Shown: positions 1-7,771 of the stretch, in pieces | Position numbering within the stretch: position 1 is the first letter of the stretch | Layout: each line of letters begins with the position of its first letter | Source: a virus | Lineage: Duplodnaviria > Caudoviricetes | Length of the DNA stretch: 42,650 nt | Virus record (IMG/VR): IMGVR_UViG_3300025018_000039 | Location: 1 to 42,650 of that record | Strand: one strand, 5' to 3' | Notes under the pieces: generated by a model | Seen by the model: only the letters and a program-made list of their open reading frames with translations | The model's database searches: none | Told to the model about the DNA's origin: nothing | Translations under genes and position numbers: made by a program

Positions 1-127
1 AGCTAAGAAAGCACTCTTCTACGGTAAAGTTGGTCCAGAAGAAATTGATCCTATACCAGAAGCGTACAAGCAAGGTTGCATTGACGGTTGGCAAGAGTAC
101 ATTGACGAAACAGAACGTTCTTACCCT
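1..127. repeat. Terminal overlap copy 1 (circular assembly overlap)
   Basis: Bases 1-127 are identical to 42524-42650. 127 is a typical assembler k-mer, and an ORF runs through the join. Confidence 0.95.
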
Positions 128-442
128 TTCATTAATATGTCTAAATTCTTCCACGGCTTTTGTGGTGTTGTTAGTGAACTGCCTGAACTTGCTAATGGTT
201 TGATACACACAACAGATGAAGAGAACGAAATGACTCGAACCAACTTCATTGAAGAGTGTGGTGATATGTTGTTTTATGTAACCATGATGCTAAACTCTGT
301 AGGTGCTACACTAGATGACGCACTGTCTATGAATGTAGATAAGCTGATAGCTAGGTATCCAGAAGGAGAGTTTACACCTTTCCGTGCTAATAACCGTGAC
401 TTGGATAAAGAGAAGGAGGTTATGAATGGCAGCAATGTTTGA
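1..442 (+). CDS. MazG-like nucleotide pyrophosphohydrolase, C-terminal part (gene starts at 42378, 195 aa across the junction)
   Basis: EECGDMLFY...NVDKLIARYP..NNRDL motif typical of phage MazG-like proteins; frame is continuous from ATG 42378. Confidence 0.75.
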   Translation, partial: AKKALFYGKVGPEEIDPIPEAYKQGCIDGWQEYIDETERSYPFINMSKFFHGFCGVVSELPELANGLIHTTDEENEMTRTNFIEECGDMLFYVTMMLNSVGATLDDALSMNVDKLIARYPEGEFTPFRANNRDLDKEKEVMNGSNV

Positions 443-632
443 ACGTAGGCACTATAAAGTGTTGGCTGATTACTGGAAGGAAAGACTTAGTTCTATAAAA
501 TCAGTAGAGAGCAATGCTTGGTATGAACTCACTAGAGAGTATGAGAAGTTCACAGAGTATCTATACAACACTCAAGACAACTTTAGAATTTCTCATTTCG
601 ATGCTCATGTTGGATATGAAAGGACAAACTAA
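426..632 (+). CDS. Hypothetical protein
   Basis: ORF preceded by AAGGAGG RBS; tightly packed in the operon. Confidence 0.65.
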   Translation: MAAMFERRHYKVLADYWKERLSSIKSVESNAWYELTREYEKFTEYLYNTQDNFRISHFDAHVGYERTN

Positions 633-1141
633 TGGCACTATATGATGAAGTACAACTTAAAGAACTCATGTTAGCAGATACTAAACGGTTACGTAGCGTT
701 AACAACTACGAAGAAGGGACAGAAGATTGGAAGCGTAAGAACTTACAGATACTTGCTGACTATTTGTGGGCGTTGCCTGATGACTACGACAAGTTTAATA
801 TGTGGAGTTATGCAGAAAATCTTGTAACTAAGGAATATATTACTGCTCCTTACCAACTCCCTCAACCTGTTTGTGGAACTGTTGCTTGTGCTGCTGGTCA
901 TGGTCCTGCTGCTGGAATTAAATCTAGGGGGACAGAAACTTGGCCTAAATACGTTAAAAGAGTGTTTGGTGTAGAAAACTTTACTGATATGCAACGTTTC
1001 TTTAGTGCAGAGTGGAAAGGTTTAGATAACACTCCTAAAGGTGCAGCACAACGCATCTATCAGTACCTAGAAAAAGGTGTGTGTTGGAGTGGCATATTCG
1101 ACATGAACTACACAACCCAACAACCATGTCCATCCGTGTAA
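632..1141 (+). CDS. Conserved phage hypothetical protein (CGTVACAAG motif)
   Basis: GAAAGGAC RBS at 618-625; TAATG stop/start overlap; Cys/His motif. Confidence 0.75.
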   Translation: MALYDEVQLKELMLADTKRLRSVNNYEEGTEDWKRKNLQILADYLWALPDDYDKFNMWSYAENLVTKEYITAPYQLPQPVCGTVACAAGHGPAAGIKSRGTETWPKYVKRVFGVENFTDMQRFFSAEWKGLDNTPKGAAQRIYQYLEKGVCWSGIFDMNYTTQQPCPSV

Positions 1142-1356
1142 CTCGTGTAGGCTTGCCAAATAAAATAACTGTTAGTGCTATAGATCGTGATAGTACTAAC
1201 AGTCTTTGGCGTCTGTGGCTGCACACTAATGACTTTGTGCACGGTACGTTCGTAGCACTACACGATGATGGCACAGTTGAACGTATCACAACTAGAGAAG
1301 GTGACGGAACAGAGGACGTTGCTTTGATTAAACCTAGAGATTATACACCATACTGA
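1126..1356 (+). CDS. Hypothetical protein
   Basis: ORF 1081-1356; ATG 1126 chosen to minimise overlap, so the start is uncertain. Confidence 0.55.
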   Translation: MSIRVTRVGLPNKITVSAIDRDSTNSLWRLWLHTNDFVHGTFVALHDDGTVERITTREGDGTEDVALIKPRDYTPY

Positions 1357-1455
1357 AAGGGATTATTTATGAGTTTAGATAAAGTTGCACTGACTACAGG
1401 AGTAGCAAACAACGAACATCTAATACTCCCTACTACTCATTAGGAGACAACTTTA

Positions 1456-1608
1456 ATGGATAAGATGCCATTACCTAACTCGAATAAATCACTAACCGAA
1501 CGTAGGATAGTAAAGGGAAGCAGGCTGTCACCTAGAGAAGTAGCTAGTCATGCTTTAACATTGCTTATAGGGTTTGCTATAGGTGGTGTAACCTTTACTA
1601 TTTTCTAA
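1456..1608 (+). CDS. Small membrane protein (50 aa, not in ORF track)
   Basis: AGGAG RBS at 1442; MDKMPLP...ALTLLIGFAIGGVTFTIF with a C-terminal hydrophobic helix. Confidence 0.55.
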   Translation: MDKMPLPNSNKSLTERRIVKGSRLSPREVASHALTLLIGFAIGGVTFTIF

Positions 1609-1618
1609 GGAATAATTC

Positions 1619-2095
1619 ATGTTACCTAAAAATGCTAAGAAAGTGTTCACTAAAGTAGACATGACTGCTACTGAACTTTACGGTGACATGACTACTCCTT
1701 GTTGGCCTTTCACTGGCAAACTTAATGCACAAGATAGGCCTTACATACAGATAGGAGGCAAGAAGCTGTTAGCTTATCGTATAACCCATGAACTTGTGTA
1801 TGGTGATGGTTGTCTAGATGGTTTATTAGCAAGACACAAGTGTGACAACCAAATGTGTTGTAGACCAGATCATGTAGAGGGCGGCGATCACGATGACAAC
1901 ATGAACGATATGAAGCAACGTGAACGTCATGGTTTACCGCACCACACTGTGAAGGCTATACGCAAGTTAGCAGCTAAAGATAACGGACCGACTCACGAAG
2001 TTATAGGAGAACTATATGGTATAGCTAGATCAACAGTAACTAACATTGTCAATGGTGACAGATACGAACACGTAAAGGACTTAGAAGATGAGTAA
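1619..2095 (+). CDS. HNH endonuclease with C-terminal HTH
   Basis: CWPFTG...RHKCDNQMCCRPDH...DNMND HNH-type motif; THEVIGELYGIARSTVTNIV HTH. Confidence 0.85.
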   Translation: MLPKNAKKVFTKVDMTATELYGDMTTPCWPFTGKLNAQDRPYIQIGGKKLLAYRITHELVYGDGCLDGLLARHKCDNQMCCRPDHVEGGDHDDNMNDMKQRERHGLPHHTVKAIRKLAAKDNGPTHEVIGELYGIARSTVTNIVNGDRYEHVKDLEDE

Positions 2096-2402
2096 TGAAA
2101 CTGTAATTAAAACAATCAATGTATCTCGTGTAGATTATGGAGACCTTAAAGGGACTTATAGGATCGAAGTGAGTCTAGAAACTGGTTGGTCACGTGAGAT
2201 TAAACTCTCATTGTCTGATGAAGCTAAAGAACGTATCTTAGATGCAATCAAACCAGACATTCAAGCTGCTATGGGTAAGATGGTAGATAGTATCCAAGCT
2301 AGTGTAGTTTATGAAACACAACCTGTACTTGAACACTCTATACCTGAACCAATTGCACCTGTACCCGCACCTGATCCACTTGATGACGATATACCATTCT
2401 AA
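2088..2402 (+). CDS. Hypothetical protein with DDDIPF acidic tail
   Basis: AAAGGACTTA RBS; Pro-rich linker ending LDDDIPF. Confidence 0.7.
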   Translation: MSNETVIKTINVSRVDYGDLKGTYRIEVSLETGWSREIKLSLSDEAKERILDAIKPDIQAAMGKMVDSIQASVVYETQPVLEHSIPEPIAPVPAPDPLDDDIPF

Positions 2403-2416
2403 ACAGGAGACTTAAC

Positions 2417-2722
2417 ATGACTTACACACTCCATACTATCCAACCAGAAGGAGAGGTTCTGTCCTCTACCCAAACTGCTGCACCTTCTTTACAAGCCCTT
2501 CAAGACATTGTAGGCGGTTACATCCAAACTGTTCCTCGATTTAACACGTATAAAGGCAGCCGTTGTATTGTTTATGTAAACGAAGAAGGTAGGATGCAGA
2601 ACTTACCCTTCAATCAAACAGCTACAGACTTGTGGCTAGAACAAGACGAGTTGATTGCACAACCATTAGTAGGTAATGTAGTTGTTATTTGTGCAGATCA
2701 ACATCTATTAGATAAACTGTAA
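2417..2722 (+). CDS. DUF3846-like protein
   Basis: LQDIVGGYIQ...VNEEGR...LPFN..AT...LVGNVV pattern. Confidence 0.75.
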   Translation: MTYTLHTIQPEGEVLSSTQTAAPSLQALQDIVGGYIQTVPRFNTYKGSRCIVYVNEEGRMQNLPFNQTATDLWLEQDELIAQPLVGNVVVICADQHLLDKL

Positions 2723-2782
2723 CATCTAGGTCTAGTAGGCCGAAATCTTAATACCTACTACATATAGTATGCACATGCCTAC

Positions 2783-2811
2783 TTGACATAAGCGTCAAAG
2801 TGTGTTATAAA
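2783..2811 (+). promoter_or_regulatory. Sigma70-type promoter
   Basis: TTGACA-N17-TATAAA with extended -10 TG, in an intergenic gap. Confidence 0.75.
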
Positions 2812-2844
2812 GATTACCTTAACTAAAATCGAAAGGACTTATTT

Positions 2845-3276
2845 ATGTCAACTGTAAACGACAATCCCATTACCCATGTTAGATCATTAGCTAGCAAAGC
2901 TTTTGCAAGGATTGGTACTAGCAACGGTACTGCTCCACTAAAAAGCAAAAGCAACACTTATGGTTCTGCACATGAGTTTTTCATTGCTTCACTTCTCAAG
3001 ACACAAGCCACTAAGCGTTACGATCAAGCCAAGAAAGTCATGTTACTGGAGAACGGCTTTGATCCAGACAAGCTTGATGTTGGTATGAGTACAGAAGTTT
3101 CATCTAATGAGCATCTTACCATTGCTGCTAAGAAAGCTACGCCTCGTAAGATGTTGAACCAAACTAAACTGATTAATAAACTGTCTCGTAGCATGGGTGC
3201 TAAGGAAGCTGCTGATTTGATTGCAGAGTGTACCGATGAAGCTAAAGGTGCAGTAAGCTATGAGGTGATACTATGA
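2845..3276 (+). CDS. Hypothetical basic protein
   Basis: GAAAGGACTTA RBS; first gene after the promoter. Confidence 0.75.
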   Translation: MSTVNDNPITHVRSLASKAFARIGTSNGTAPLKSKSNTYGSAHEFFIASLLKTQATKRYDQAKKVMLLENGFDPDKLDVGMSTEVSSNEHLTIAAKKATPRKMLNQTKLINKLSRSMGAKEAADLIAECTDEAKGAVSYEVIL

Positions 3277-3581
3277 CAAAAGCAGTACAGCATGTTGTTC
3301 CAGTAACCCAACATATTCGTCCTAATAATAGATTACAGGAAGGAATTCTTCCTATTAAAGAAGAAGGAATTGTTGCAGCTAATAAACTGTTAAAAGCTGG
3401 GTATAGTATTCATGCTGAACAACTCAATCCTTCTGCTGTATATTTAACAGTAGAATATCCTTTTGGATTGGAAATGGAAAACGGCTTTGGATCTGCAATT
3501 TGTGCTAATGGACCTAAAATCCAAGACAAATTGACAAAAATGTTGATTGATTGTGCAGAAAGGTTAGATCAACATGAGTAA
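3273..3581 (+). CDS. Hypothetical protein
   Basis: GAGGTG RBS; ATGA overlap. Confidence 0.7.
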   Translation: MTKAVQHVVPVTQHIRPNNRLQEGILPIKEEGIVAANKLLKAGYSIHAEQLNPSAVYLTVEYPFGLEMENGFGSAICANGPKIQDKLTKMLIDCAERLDQHE

Positions 3582-3771
3582 ACAAGAAATACAAATAGAT
3601 GACTATGTTCTATACAAAGATCAGGTCTCTAAAGTTAAAGGTTTTGCTGGTAGTTTTGTTAACATAGATAAACCTCACAGAGAAAACTTCTTCGTACCAG
3701 TATCAGAAGTTCGTCTTTGCAACAGTGACGGTGTACCTATGTTAAGTCCTTCCGAGGGCCAGCAAGAATAG
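3574..3771 (+). CDS. Hypothetical small beta (KOW/SH3-like) protein
   Basis: IQIDDYVLY...KVKG...V.I pattern; coupled to the upstream gene. Confidence 0.55.
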   Translation: MSKQEIQIDDYVLYKDQVSKVKGFAGSFVNIDKPHRENFFVPVSEVRLCNSDGVPMLSPSEGQQE

Positions 3772-4016
3772 GTTGCAGCTTGGCTATCACTGTTAGCTGT
3801 AACCTTGTGGTGACGTGTTTCATCAATGCTCCGATAGGGCACGTCACCGCTAAACTTAAGTAATGTAAGATGGAGTATAAAGCTGGTTAAAATTTGTTAT
3901 CTAGGTGCTAATCCCGGACCCTAAGCACTGACATATACCCTCACTCATGCAATTAGCCATGCTTTGCAGAGAGAAGATAGCAAGGTTGCAGTTTTATACT
4001 CCTACTCACTTTACTT
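3771..4016 (+). ncRNA. Putative structured non-coding RNA
   Basis: Gene-free gap with at least six stems, many containing G-U pairs that work only on the + strand (see findings). Confidence 0.6.
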
Positions 4017-4045
4017 CAACATAACTATAACAAAGGAACGGATCG

Positions 4046-4279
4046 TTGTCCAACGTAACCGCATTGAAAGTAACTCCCAAAACAATCAACGAACTATATA
4101 AACGTCACAGATACACTGTACGGTTCAAACCCTCTACTAAAGAGTGGGAATGGCTCGTAGAGGTGCAGCATGTATCTAAGTACAAAGAGACAGCTAAGAG
4201 TCTGTTGCAAGCACAGAAAGCTGCTAAGAAATTCATTGACCAGATGGTAAAGGAAAGAGAACATGCAAACGGCTCTTGA
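4046..4279 (+). CDS. Hypothetical protein
   Basis: TTG start with AAAGGAA RBS. Confidence 0.65.
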   Translation: MSNVTALKVTPKTINELYKRHRYTVRFKPSTKEWEWLVEVQHVSKYKETAKSLLQAQKAAKKFIDQMVKEREHANGS

Positions 4280-4562
4280 CACTCCTATACGTCGAGCCTC
4301 TATATCTGACATGACTTATGAGACTGCTCTTGAGTTTGTAAAGGAACGACAAGAACAGCGCATGAGGCAGCAACGATTGTACGAAGAAGCACAAGAAGCT
4401 GCACAGAAGATCAAAGTCGAGAAAGATAAGGCTCTATTTATCAAACGATGCGAACAGATAGAGAAGAAAGCTGCTACTGTGGACAAGGGATTAGATCAAA
4501 TGTCTAAGTGGCTGAATGAATTACACGTGCTAAGACTTACAGTAGGAGATTTAGTGAAATGA
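4263..4562 (+). CDS. Hypothetical coiled-coil protein
   Basis: AAAGGA RBS; E/K/Q-rich helical sequence. Confidence 0.7.
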   Translation: MQTALDTPIRRASISDMTYETALEFVKERQEQRMRQQRLYEEAQEAAQKIKVEKDKALFIKRCEQIEKKAATVDKGLDQMSKWLNELHVLRLTVGDLVK

Positions 4563-4867
4563 GTAAACAAACCAAACCCTTTAATATAACCAAAGCCCGC
4601 GCACCAGACATAGAAAACTTCCGTGCTAGAGACGTAGAGTTCGCTCTTAAAGGTAGAGTAGAACCTGCGTTGCTTCGTGTACTCTGTGGATTGGCAGAGA
4701 AAAACCACCATCTTGAGAAGGCTCTAGCCGAGTTAGCTACAATGCAAGCACAGCTTATTACGATCGTATCACAGTTTAGTGATGTAGCTGACAACATGAA
4801 GAACAAGATGCAATCTATAGAGAAGTCTGTTCAAGGAGAAAACATAGGTGATAACGAAATCAATTGA
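4559..4867 (+). CDS. Hypothetical coiled-coil protein
   Basis: AGGAG RBS; ATGA overlap. Confidence 0.7.
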   Translation: MSKQTKPFNITKARAPDIENFRARDVEFALKGRVEPALLRVLCGLAEKNHHLEKALAELATMQAQLITIVSQFSDVADNMKNKMQSIEKSVQGENIGDNEIN

Positions 4868-5912
4868 GAACGTAGAAGTCTCACTCACCACAGAAGAAGA
4901 TAAACTAACCTTAGAGGCATATGACAACACAAAATTAGTAGCAGTTAACACGTGTCCTACATGGGGCATAGTTCGTTACCATCATCACAAAACGCTTAGT
5001 GGTGGTGGTAGGTCAATGGCATTAGAAGCAGGGAGTGTATCACATGAAGTCTACGCAGCGGTGCGATTGTGGCAAATGCGTAATACGCAAGGACGCCCCG
5101 ATCTTGCAGATGTACACGGTACGCGACTATTTGGAGATACACGACACTCCAAGATGTTATCGAGCATCACTAAAGGATCAGATGAAAGACAACAGAGCCT
5201 TTCCTACTGTTTGGCCGCCCTTGAAACGTCTGACTTCTATGACGACCCTGGAGATAGGCGAAGAACCTTTAGTAATATTGAAGAAGCCTTAATAGCTTAC
5301 ATAGATAGATGGGATTGGAACCGAGCACCTGTATGGATTGGAGACGACAATGAGAGTGTTGGTATTGAGATACCGATTGATGTTACATTTACTTACACTT
5401 TCACTGATGGAAGCACTAAAAAGATTAGGTTCTCTGGTAAGATAGATGGTGTGCATGAAAAAGATGGAGAAGTAATACTGCAAGAAAACAAAACAGGTGC
5501 GAGACTTGATGAAGCTTGGCGCACTAGTTTTGAAATGGCTACACAAGTTACAGGCTATTGCATTGCTGCATCTGTTATCATAGGTAGGCCAATCAACAAA
5601 GCAGAGATACTTGGTATGGCCATCCCGCTTCCTCGCAACTTCGACATGGGTGGGATCGTTAGGGAGAATGTTCGTAGAGAAAGTCATCACTTTGAACGAT
5701 GGTTTAACTGGTTGTTGTGGACTGTAGACCTTCTAGAAACTTATAAAGACGATCTAAACAATGCACCTATGTTTACTCATAGTTGTAACCGATACTTTAG
5801 ACCTTGCTCTATGATACCATATTGTTATGCTGACGATGAAGATAGAGAACAGATACTAACTGAAATGGTTGTGGATGAATGGAGTCCGTTGCATGATGAA
5901 GGAACAACTTGA
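4848..5912 (+). CDS. Cas4/AddB-like PD-(D/E)XK exonuclease with Fe-S staple
   Basis: GKIDGV...QENKT catalytic motif, QVTGY; one N-terminal Cys (NTCP) plus C-terminal CNRYFRPCSMIPYC. Confidence 0.85.
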   Translation: MITKSIENVEVSLTTEEDKLTLEAYDNTKLVAVNTCPTWGIVRYHHHKTLSGGGRSMALEAGSVSHEVYAAVRLWQMRNTQGRPDLADVHGTRLFGDTRHSKMLSSITKGSDERQQSLSYCLAALETSDFYDDPGDRRRTFSNIEEALIAYIDRWDWNRAPVWIGDDNESVGIEIPIDVTFTYTFTDGSTKKIRFSGKIDGVHEKDGEVILQENKTGARLDEAWRTSFEMATQVTGYCIAASVIIGRPINKAEILGMAIPLPRNFDMGGIVRENVRRESHHFERWFNWLLWTVDLLETYKDDLNNAPMFTHSCNRYFRPCSMIPYCYADDEDREQILTEMVVDEWSPLHDEGTT

Positions 5913-6721
5913 TGGAAATTAATCTTACAGGTGTAGAAGCTGTACCACAAGAAAACATGACGCACCGCTTAGCTATGTTACTATGGGGTGATGCTGGTAC
6001 AGGTAAAACTACCTTAGCTTGTTCTGCTCCAGGCAACAAACTGTTAATCAATTTCGATCCTGATGGACCTTCTAGCCTTGGTAAACGTCCTGATGTACAC
6101 GTAGTTGATTTAAGTGGAGAAGGACATATTGTCACCAACAAGTTTCAAACTGATGATCCTTTAGGTTTATCAAGAGCATTAGCAGACAAAGAAAATGTTA
6201 TTGACACAGTTATTGTAGACAGCACTACATCTTATGCACAAGTTGCTACTGATGCAGGTATTGCTGCCACTAAAGGTGCTACTGTTATGCGTCCAAGTCC
6301 CGGCGCTTACGGTGCTAGAAACAACCTAACACTTCGTATGGTTAGTGCTATTAATCGTATTACACAGAAGTATAATAAACATTTTATAATCATATCACAT
6401 GAAGCACCGCCTACTGTAGATAGCGAGGGTAATCTGCTTTATATATCTATGGCATTAGGTGGTTCACTTCCACAATCCATTCCACTTAAGTTAAGTGAGG
6501 TTTGGTACATACAAGATATAGGTGGTAAGAGGCGTATCTTGGTCAGACCGGGACGTACTCGTAAACCGATGAAAACTAGGATGTTTGATACATCAAGCAA
6601 GTCAGAGTTCATTAGTCCTTACGATCAGTTTGGTAAAGATGCACCTTATGGAGCAGGGAGTTTGAAGTCTTATATAGAGGAGTACAAAGCTAATGATTAT
6701 GAAAAGATTAAAGTTCCTTGA
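5909..6721 (+). CDS. Sak4-like (AAA_24) ATPase / single-strand annealing recombinase
   Basis: Walker A GDAGTGKT, Walker B VIVDS, IIISHE; lies between exonuclease and SSB. Confidence 0.8.
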   Translation: MMEINLTGVEAVPQENMTHRLAMLLWGDAGTGKTTLACSAPGNKLLINFDPDGPSSLGKRPDVHVVDLSGEGHIVTNKFQTDDPLGLSRALADKENVIDTVIVDSTTSYAQVATDAGIAATKGATVMRPSPGAYGARNNLTLRMVSAINRITQKYNKHFIIISHEAPPTVDSEGNLLYISMALGGSLPQSIPLKLSEVWYIQDIGGKRRILVRPGRTRKPMKTRMFDTSSKSEFISPYDQFGKDAPYGAGSLKSYIEEYKANDYEKIKVP

Positions 6722-6878
6722 TGTAGATAAACCTAGTTTATGGATTGCTATCGCAGTGCTTAATATAATAACAGTTGTATTAGGTATAATGAGTAACAGT
6801 TTATTTCCTACAACAATCAATTCTTTTGTAGCAGGTTATTGTGTCTGTATGGCTTTTCGTAACTATTTACAAAGATAA
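6693..6878 (+). CDS. Small two-TM membrane protein
   Basis: GAGGAG RBS at 6677; two hydrophobic segments. Confidence 0.6.
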   Translation: MIMKRLKFLDVDKPSLWIAIAVLNIITVVLGIMSNSLFPTTINSFVAGYCVCMAFRNYLQR

Positions 6879-6887
6879 TCGGAGATA

Positions 6888-6930
6888 CCTTACAAACTTG
6901 GGACACTTGTAAGGGAAGTCTAATGTCCCG
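6888..6930 (+). promoter_or_regulatory. H-type RNA pseudoknot in the SSB leader
   Basis: S1 6888-6895/6907-6914 (8 WC bp); S2 6900-6905/6924-6929 (6 WC bp). Confidence 0.65.
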
Positions 6931-6960
6931 TTGTACAACAAAAAGAAAGAAGAGAACACT

Positions 6961-7380
6961 ATGAGTGAAGTACCATCAATTATTGAGTTTTCAGAAGATA
7001 TTTCCAAAGCAGAAGCACCAGTGCCTTTGCCTGTAGGTGAATATCCTTTTGAAATCCGTAAGGCAGAAGGCAAGGTAGCGGCAACAACTGGCAATAAATA
7101 TGCTGCTGTGACCCTATTTGTCTCTGCTGACAATTACCCTGCTGACTACGTGGATGGCAATCCAGACGGTGAGACCTTGATCTATCGCGGCATCTCACTT
7201 GAGGATACTCCACGCGCTCGGCACAATATCCGCAAATTCATGGAAGCAATCGGCGCTCCGATCAAAGGAGCCAAGGTGGACATGAATAGCTGGATCGGTC
7301 TGACCGGCGTTGCAGGGGTGGCCCATGAAGCCTATGAGGGTGAAGATCGTGCTGTAGTAAAGAGCATCAATCCAGCCTGA
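6961..7380 (+). CDS. Single-stranded DNA-binding protein (DUF669-like OB fold)
   Basis: PLPVGEYPFEIRKAE...GNKY...YEGEDRAVV pattern; follows Sak4. ATG 6961 preferred over TTG 6931. Confidence 0.75.
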   Translation: MSEVPSIIEFSEDISKAEAPVPLPVGEYPFEIRKAEGKVAATTGNKYAAVTLFVSADNYPADYVDGNPDGETLIYRGISLEDTPRARHNIRKFMEAIGAPIKGAKVDMNSWIGLTGVAGVAHEAYEGEDRAVVKSINPA

Positions 7381-7417
7381 ATGAAGTAAAAATGTTGGTC
7401 CATTTGTTGATTTTGTG

Positions 7418-7446
7418 TTGACAGATGGGCCTCGTTACTATACCAC
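7418..7446 (+). promoter_or_regulatory. Sigma70-type promoter (weak -10)
   Basis: TTGACA-N17-TACCAC; a hairpin (7452-7468) starts at the predicted +1. Confidence 0.5.
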
Positions 7447-7500
7447 AATACTTGTCCAGACAGGGCAACAACCACAACCCAAATAGAGGATCAAAATATT

Positions 7501-7728
7501 ATGACTGATGCACCAAAAAAGAAAGTCACCCGTACACAGAAGCCATTGTACGCACTTGTAACTGTTAAGGATGATGCAGGTAATATTATCTCTTATCCAG
7601 CTTCACAGGTCACTGTTAATCTTGAACGCAATGCAGACAAGATTATCGAACTGCTTCAAGGTGGTGACAGTCAGGGTGCAACTCTTGTTCGCGCTGACAT
7701 GCCAACAGTCGTTCGCAAAACTAGCTAA
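7501..7728 (+). CDS. Small hypothetical protein
   Basis: AGAGGA RBS; bracketed by a putative promoter and a hairpin cluster. Confidence 0.75.
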   Translation: MTDAPKKKVTRTQKPLYALVTVKDDAGNIISYPASQVTVNLERNADKIIELLQGGDSQGATLVRADMPTVVRKTS

Positions 7729-7771
7729 GTAGGACTGCTAGTTTGTAGTGTTAACTCATGTTAGCACAATG

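Noticed and set aside
1-442. Z-genome (2-aminoadenine) pathway suggested by MazG plus a divergent PolA
   Set aside because: No PurZ or HD-domain DatZ recognisable in the complete genome.
3894-3983. Canonical TPP or SAM-I riboswitch, hammerhead ribozyme, or tRNA
   Set aside because: UGAGA reads UGACA and P2 is missing; SAM-I elements are out of order; no CUGANGA/GAAA core; no cloverleaf with TTC loop.
4848-5912. CRISPR-Cas system suggested by the Cas4-like nuclease
   Set aside because: No repeat-spacer array or other cas genes; the context is Sak4/SSB recombination.
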